DNA of 64,000 nucleotides from Bdellovibrionota bacterium (GTDB lineage Bacteria; Bdellovibrionota_C; UBA2361; JBIKWN01): NCBI GenBank assembly GCA_044356295.1, contig JBIKWN010000006.1, positions 1 to 64,000 of the forward strand, read 5' to 3'. Shown piece by piece: positions 58,656 to 64,000 of this stretch (position 1 is its first letter; each line of letters starts with the position of its first letter). The notes under the pieces were generated by a model. It saw only the letters and a program-made list of their open reading frames with translations, ran no database searches and was not told where the DNA came from. The position numbers and the translations under genes were made by a program.

Positions 58656-58847
58656 GTGAATAATATTTTCAACCCATCAATCGCTGTACAAATAGAAAGC
58701 ACTCCTGAAGATCGGGTATTAGAAGAATTATCATTAGCTGTTGATTCTGGCTCGAAAAAAGTGATTACTCAGGCAAGAAATCTATTGAAGGAAGTGGAAA
58801 CACTACTGGAAGAAATAACTCAAATTGACATAAAAAAAGCAGAGTAA
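58656..58847 (+). CDS. Small hypothetical protein
   Basis: 63-aa helical ORF ending in a terminator. Confidence 0.3.
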   Translation: MNNIFNPSIAVQIESTPEDRVLEELSLAVDSGSKKVITQARNLLKEVETLLEEITQIDIKKAE

Positions 58848-58870
58848 AAATTTACTCTGCTTTCGTTTTT
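58836..58870. terminator. Bidirectional terminator
   Basis: AAAGCAGAGTAAA-aa-TTTACTCTGCTTT with flanking A and T runs. Confidence 0.7.
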
Positions 58871-58892
58871 TATACTATCTTGTTATCGACAA

Positions 58893-60179
58893 CTATTTTC
58901 TCTTATCGATAGGAACATAATCAGTAATGGTATTCCCAATATAGACCTGACGTGGGCGGTTAATCTTATTACCAGGCTCACCTAAGTATTCCTTCGCATG
59001 AGCAATCCAACCCGGTAATCTGCCAAGTGCAAACATAACAGTAAATGCTTTTGTAGGAATTCCAAGAGCTCTGTAAATTATTCCGGAATAGAAATCTACG
59101 TTTGGATATAATTTTCTATCAACAAAATAAGAATCAGTAAGTGCTGCTTCTTCAAGACGTTTTGCAATATCGAGAAGTTGGTCGCCTCCTTTTACTTTCG
59201 TAAGAACCTTATGACACGCTTCTTTAATAATTTTTGCGCGTGGATCATAGTTCTTATATACACGGTGACCAAAGCCCATGAGTTTAACTTTCGAATCTTT
59301 TTGCTTTGCAAGCTCAACAAATTTCTTAACATCTCCACCGCCGTCTCGTATGGTTTGAAGCATCTCAATAACTTCTTCATTTGCTCCACCATGACGAGGT
59401 CCCCATAGCGCACAGATCCCAGCAGAAATTGATGCATAAAGGTTTGCCATCGAGCTTTGAACCATTCGAACCGTTGAAGTCGAACAGTTTTGTTCATGAT
59501 CTGCATGAAGGATTAGCAAAAGATTCATAATCTTTACTAACTCAGGATCAACTTCATAACCTTCAGAAGGTGTTGAGAACATCATGTAGATAAGGTTTTC
59601 GCAGTAACTTTTTCTGTTATCAGGATAGATGAATGGCTGCCCGATAGCTTTCTTGTATGCATACGCTGTAATAGTTGGAAGTTTTGCTAAGAGACGAATA
59701 GCAGTTCTATCGAAAATCTCTGCTTCACTAGCATCTTCATGTTGATAGAAAGTTGATAAAGAACAAACAACCGAGGAAAGTATCGCCATTGGGTGCGCAT
59801 CTCGTGGGAATCCATCATAAAAACGTTTTACATCTTCATGTAGTAAAGTTCTTCGACTAATTTTTTGTTCAAAATCTAACAGTTCGGCAGCAGTTGGAAG
59901 ATTGCCGTACATCAAAAGATAGGCAGTTTCAAGAAATGTTGCCTTCTCTGCCAATGTATCAATTGGAATACCTCGGTAACGCAGAATTCCTTTCTCTCCA
60001 TCAATGAAAGTAATTGCGCTTGAGCATGCACCAGTGTTCATATACCCATTGTCGAGGGTTATATAACCGGTCTTGGCTCGAAGATTACCAATATCAATTG
60101 CTTTTTCGTTTTCAGACCCGATAACAACAGGAAGTTCGATTTCGCCATCAGGGAGTTGTAATTTTGCTGTAGTCGTCAT
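58893..60179 (-). CDS. gltA: Citrate synthase (type II)
   Basis: HADHEQN.ST, HGGANE, GFGHRVYK.YDPR, YPNVDFYSG. Confidence 0.97.
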   Translation of the reverse strand: MTTTAKLQLPDGEIELPVVIGSENEKAIDIGNLRAKTGYITLDNGYMNTGACSSAITFIDGEKGILRYRGIPIDTLAEKATFLETAYLLMYGNLPTAAELLDFEQKISRRTLLHEDVKRFYDGFPRDAHPMAILSSVVCSLSTFYQHEDASEAEIFDRTAIRLLAKLPTITAYAYKKAIGQPFIYPDNRKSYCENLIYMMFSTPSEGYEVDPELVKIMNLLLILHADHEQNCSTSTVRMVQSSMANLYASISAGICALWGPRHGGANEEVIEMLQTIRDGGGDVKKFVELAKQKDSKVKLMGFGHRVYKNYDPRAKIIKEACHKVLTKVKGGDQLLDIAKRLEEAALTDSYFVDRKLYPNVDFYSGIIYRALGIPTKAFTVMFALGRLPGWIAHAKEYLGEPGNKINRPRQVYIGNTITDYVPIDKRK

Positions 60180-60307
60180 TATACTTTCTCGATTCAATAA
60201 GATTATTGTGATCTTTCATCAGTAGACCGACAAACCGTCAGCTATTAGAATGATCATTCTAGTAGCTATTTTTATCATATTTGGTTCATTGTTAACAGAA
60301 AAAAGAA

Positions 60308-60643
60308 ATGTCAGATAAAGTCAAAAAAATTAGGCGGGTACACCCATTCGGCTTTAGAGTCTTAGTTCAGGTTCAAGACCAGCCGGGAGTAACGGATGGA
60401 GGGCTTTTTATTCCTGAAACAGCCAAAAATACCATGGCAGAGAGCATCCTTGCCCAGGTTATTGAGGTCGCGAGCGCAATGGACGACCACGGTCAAGAAG
60501 AGACAAATATCAGTGGGATTCCTCTTGGGGCGACCGTTCTTATAGAAAAAATGGTAGGGGTCAAGGTTCCATGGGACGACAGAATCAGAATTGTCGATAG
60601 TAAGGATATTTTGGGCATTGTTCACGAAATGAGCCTTTCATAG
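60308..60643 (+). CDS. GroES/Cpn10-like co-chaperonin, not next to groEL
   Basis: P.G.RVLV, T.GGLFIPETAK, IV...DILG.V. Confidence 0.75.
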   Translation: MSDKVKKIRRVHPFGFRVLVQVQDQPGVTDGGLFIPETAKNTMAESILAQVIEVASAMDDHGQEETNISGIPLGATVLIEKMVGVKVPWDDRIRIVDSKDILGIVHEMSLS

Positions 60644-61042
60644 ACACGCCCCCCACTTCCATGCCATTATAACCTCAAGAGTCACCTTAATCTTCATGGT
60701 GTATTCCTTTGACTTCGCTATATTGATTCTACTAGCCGATAATTTATCTAGAAAAACAATATAGTCCTCTTGCGCTGGATGTCTTTACAAAGACATATGA
60801 AAAGAGTCCTGTTTGCAAAGAGAACTTTTAGTGAAGTTCACTGAGTATAGCTCCTTAGTTCGGATACATTCTCTTGAGCGGCATATCGACTCTTGTAGGA
60901 ATTCAATCCCTCACTCGGAGAATATATTTTATTTGTATTCACTTAACTTTCCCCATAAAGACCTAAGTGATGCAAAAGATAGATTTTATTTAATCATAAC
61001 AAATTTAACCTGAGTCTTTATTGACTCTACCAAAGGAAAAAA

Positions 61043-62323
61043 ATGGCAAACAGCAAACAAACCGTTTCACACGTCTATTATGAAGTTGGAAGTGAGCTCC
61101 TCGCTAAACCAACTGCATTAACTCAACTTATTGAAGGAAGTGATGCTAGAACTACAATCGTATTTTGCAATTCAGCATCTGATACTGACCTCGTCGAAGT
61201 GCTACTTAAAAAACGTGGTGTTTCTGCTCAGAAACTTATCGGCTCTGTAAGCCCAGAGAAAATCGCTCGTACTATTGAACAATTAAACAGCGGCGAAATT
61301 ACAACAATTGTTGCAACTGATGCTTCTGCAAAAAATATCCCAATCGACTCTTTTAATCTTCTTATTAGCTATACCTCACCTACAGATGGTGATACTTATA
61401 AAAATCGATATGCTTCTGAAGATGGTTTAAAAAACTTGTTAACAATTGCAACACTTGTAAGTCCTAATGATGCAGGTAACTTTGAAATCGTACAGCAAGC
61501 ATTAGATGGTAAAATCACTAAAGCAGATCTTCCAACTGCTGATACATTACAAAAAGCAAAACTCAATCGAATCAAAGCTCAAGCACAAACTAAAACTGGT
61601 GCTGAAGAGAAGTATAAAGCTCTTATCGAAGCAATCTTAGCAGATAAAGAAAAAGGATTGGTTATTGGATACTTGCTCGCTAACACTTTAGAAGTACTTC
61701 CTTCTCTTCAAGCTGCCCAGTCACGTGAAGAAGAGCATTACGACGATGAAGATGCTCAACCAAACTTTAATAGCTCACATCATGATAGAAATGGTGGAAA
61801 CCGATACGGAAATGGTCGAAATGATCGTAACGACCGACGTGGCAACAACGACCGTGGCAGAAATAACGGAAGAAATACCCGAGACAATCGTGGTGGACGA
61901 CAACAATTTAATGACGCAGGTGATGATAGCGAAGCAAGTCTTCAAGCAAGAGAGGCAATGGCTCGAAATAAAAAACGTGCATTTACTCCTCCTCTGAAAG
62001 AAGCTCGAATTTACCTTGGTAAAGGGTCTGCTTCAGGAATCAGCGAAGCAACTATTAAAAAAATGGTTCAAGAACAAGGCGCGCTTACTGAAGGTGATGT
62101 TCGTCGTGTCATCGTTCGTAAGAACTATGCTTTCTTTGATGTACTTGAATCACAATCAGAAGACCTCATCAATAAAATTGATGGAACTTCATTGATGGCA
62201 AAAAAAGCAACTGTTATCTCTACACAGATTCGTGACCGAGGTGAAGATGACAATGAATTTGCTCCAACACTTGAAGAAGCAACTGCTCAGGCATCTGGTG
62301 GCATCGCTGCTAACGCCGAGTAG
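61043..62323 (+). CDS. Degenerate DEAD-box helicase C-terminal domain plus DbpA-type RNA-binding domain
   Basis: IVFCN (motif IV) and VATD (start of motif V); Arg/Asn/Gly-rich linker; RIYLGKG...GI...Y.FFDV. No Walker A or DEAD motif. Confidence 0.65.
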   Translation: MANSKQTVSHVYYEVGSELLAKPTALTQLIEGSDARTTIVFCNSASDTDLVEVLLKKRGVSAQKLIGSVSPEKIARTIEQLNSGEITTIVATDASAKNIPIDSFNLLISYTSPTDGDTYKNRYASEDGLKNLLTIATLVSPNDAGNFEIVQQALDGKITKADLPTADTLQKAKLNRIKAQAQTKTGAEEKYKALIEAILADKEKGLVIGYLLANTLEVLPSLQAAQSREEEHYDDEDAQPNFNSSHHDRNGGNRYGNGRNDRNDRRGNNDRGRNNGRNTRDNRGGRQQFNDAGDDSEASLQAREAMARNKKRAFTPPLKEARIYLGKGSASGISEATIKKMVQEQGALTEGDVRRVIVRKNYAFFDVLESQSEDLINKIDGTSLMAKKATVISTQIRDRGEDDNEFAPTLEEATAQASGGIAANAE

Positions 62324-63992
62324 ATCTTTTCTTTAATGAACTAAATGCACTCTTGATAGCATTCAAGAGTGCTTTTGATGATTGGCTTGTTTTTTTCGAA
62401 ATTGAATCGAGAGCTACATTCTTTGTTAAAGACCCTGAAGAGTCTAATTCACACTCGTACTCACCATAAAACGATAGAAAACTTCCTCTAGACCGTGGAT
62501 CTCTTAAACCAGCTAATCGAATTATTGATGTTGGATTACTTGGTGAGAATCTATAAATTTCTGAGCCTTGTCCGTTTCTTCTCGCGGCACCGTATAAGAC
62601 AACCTCACAACCAGATTGCACTTCACTAACATTGATTTTTAAAGTCAGCGATCCAGATCGAGACACTGAAGCTCCAAGAGAGATTGAACCAGCAGACTCA
62701 TTTGGATTATCTGGACCAGGTGTTACTGTTGGTACTGGACTCGGTGTTACTCCGTCTGATGGATTATTATCTACATCAAAGCACGACGGAGAAGAATTTA
62801 AATGATTTACTACGTCGGCAATACTCGCTGCAGAAAAATAGGTGCTGCCTGGAATATTTATGTAAGGCGCCATTAAACTCGATCCATCAGTTGTATCATG
62901 TCCAGCACCAAAGTTGTGCCCAATTTCGTGTGCAACTATTGAAGCATCAGCTGCAGGATGGAATTTTTGAGTTATACCAAAAGAGTAATCTTGGTTACTA
63001 CAAACGACACCAACCCAAGCAAGACCAATAACACCACCATCAAAGTCTTTCCCTGAAAATAAATGATATAAATCTGCTTGACCGAGTTGGTTATTATTTA
63101 ATGTATAATTTTTAAATGATCCTAACAGCGTACCAGAATTTGTACTGTTGAAAGGATTACCCACTGAAGATGAAAATCCATGTTGAGCTGAAATGACCAG
63201 TCGAATTCCTAATTGATTTTGATAAATTGCACTTGCTGCTGCTACAAGTGTTGCAATTTGCGCATTCGAATTAGCGCCGTATGTTTCATACCATTGTGGG
63301 TCAAATTCCGTTGCTATAGTAGCGTACTGCGGATTTGATGGGCTAATCTCTCTTGAAGCGACAGCTTGAGGCTCCATCTGTGAACTTGAACGAGCTTGCT
63401 CTTGTTGTTCCATAGCAGCAGTTTGATGATCATTATCGTGATTATCATTTCCACATGCTAATTCTTTCAGGGCAACAGTTGGAACAGATGATACCTTTGC
63501 ATCTTTAAGTTGATGACCACTAATATAAGACTTAAGATAAAGTGCTCTACCCTTACCACGTGAAGCGTTCATGATTAAGTGCAAAACTGGTTTCCCATTC
63601 TTGGTTTTGCTATAGATACTGCCACCGAGAGATAACTTCTTTCCATTTGAGCGAGCATACCCTTCAACAAGGGCGATATCTTTATCATCTTTCTTTGAAA
63701 ATCCAGAATAATCTTGAATCGATGAATCCCAAGATTTAAAAGTAATTTTATTTAAATAGATTGAATATCTTCCTGAACCTACAATGTGCGCTGAAAGCCT
63801 AATAGATTTTTTTAAATTTGAAAGTAACGGATTACTTCTTCTGTGACTACCATCCTTAACTTCTGAAGCAATAAGCCTTAATCCATCAGTATCACCACTT
63901 ATATTTGTTCTATACGGTGAAGCGTGGGCTGAAGATAAAGAAATCACTATTCCTAAAGCAATTCCAATTATATGGGAAACTTCTTTCTGCAT
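62310..63992 (-). CDS. Secreted M12B/reprolysin-like zinc metalloprotease
   Basis: Signal peptide; HEIGHNFGAGHD zinc motif with Met-turn (SSLM); GLAWVG.VC. Confidence 0.88.
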   Translation of the reverse strand: MQKEVSHIIGIALGIVISLSSAHASPYRTNISGDTDGLRLIASEVKDGSHRRSNPLLSNLKKSIRLSAHIVGSGRYSIYLNKITFKSWDSSIQDYSGFSKKDDKDIALVEGYARSNGKKLSLGGSIYSKTKNGKPVLHLIMNASRGKGRALYLKSYISGHQLKDAKVSSVPTVALKELACGNDNHDNDHQTAAMEQQEQARSSSQMEPQAVASREISPSNPQYATIATEFDPQWYETYGANSNAQIATLVAAASAIYQNQLGIRLVISAQHGFSSSVGNPFNSTNSGTLLGSFKNYTLNNNQLGQADLYHLFSGKDFDGGVIGLAWVGVVCSNQDYSFGITQKFHPAADASIVAHEIGHNFGAGHDTTDGSSLMAPYINIPGSTYFSAASIADVVNHLNSSPSCFDVDNNPSDGVTPSPVPTVTPGPDNPNESAGSISLGASVSRSGSLTLKINVSEVQSGCEVVLYGAARRNGQGSEIYRFSPSNPTSIIRLAGLRDPRSRGSFLSFYGEYECELDSSGSLTKNVALDSISKKTSQSSKALLNAIKSAFSSLKKRSTRR

Positions 63993-64000
63993 TAAAAAAA

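Noticed and set aside
60735..60742. Perfect sigma28 -10 element GCCGATAA upstream of the pseudo-helicase
   Set aside because: No matching -35 element at 15 bp spacing.

Overview
AT-rich bacterial chromosomal segment (GC in the high 30s % by eye). Gene content resembles deltaproteobacteria-like or Bdellovibrionota-like lineages, but taxonomy cannot be fixed from sequence alone. Most of it is housekeeping: polA, efp, rplU-rpmA-obgE-rsfS, gpmI, mazG, nuoA, tRNA-Arg(UCU), kup, hppA, pdhA/pdhB, gltA, RNase II, an ECF sigma/anti-sigma pair and pseudouridine synthases. No CRISPR array, rRNA, integrase or transposase was seen. The most unusual items are: (1) a solitary flagellin whose variable region is seven FG-GAP/VCBS repeats, with a sigma28-like promoter; (2) a neighbouring 2 kb islet in which three related, partly palindromic direct repeats delimit an orphan ORF and a nucleotidyltransferase-like gene pair, like a cassette array; (3) a small protein resembling type III needle subunits, paired with a signal-peptide-less Ser/Thr-rich protein; (4) two further families of nested-hairpin MITE/REP-like elements; (5) tandem repeats behind tRNA-Arg that carry an antisense copy of its T-arm; (6) an R2lox-like di-metal protein, a DEAD-box pseudo-helicase, an internally deleted RelE/ParE toxin and a TMEM175 pseudogene.
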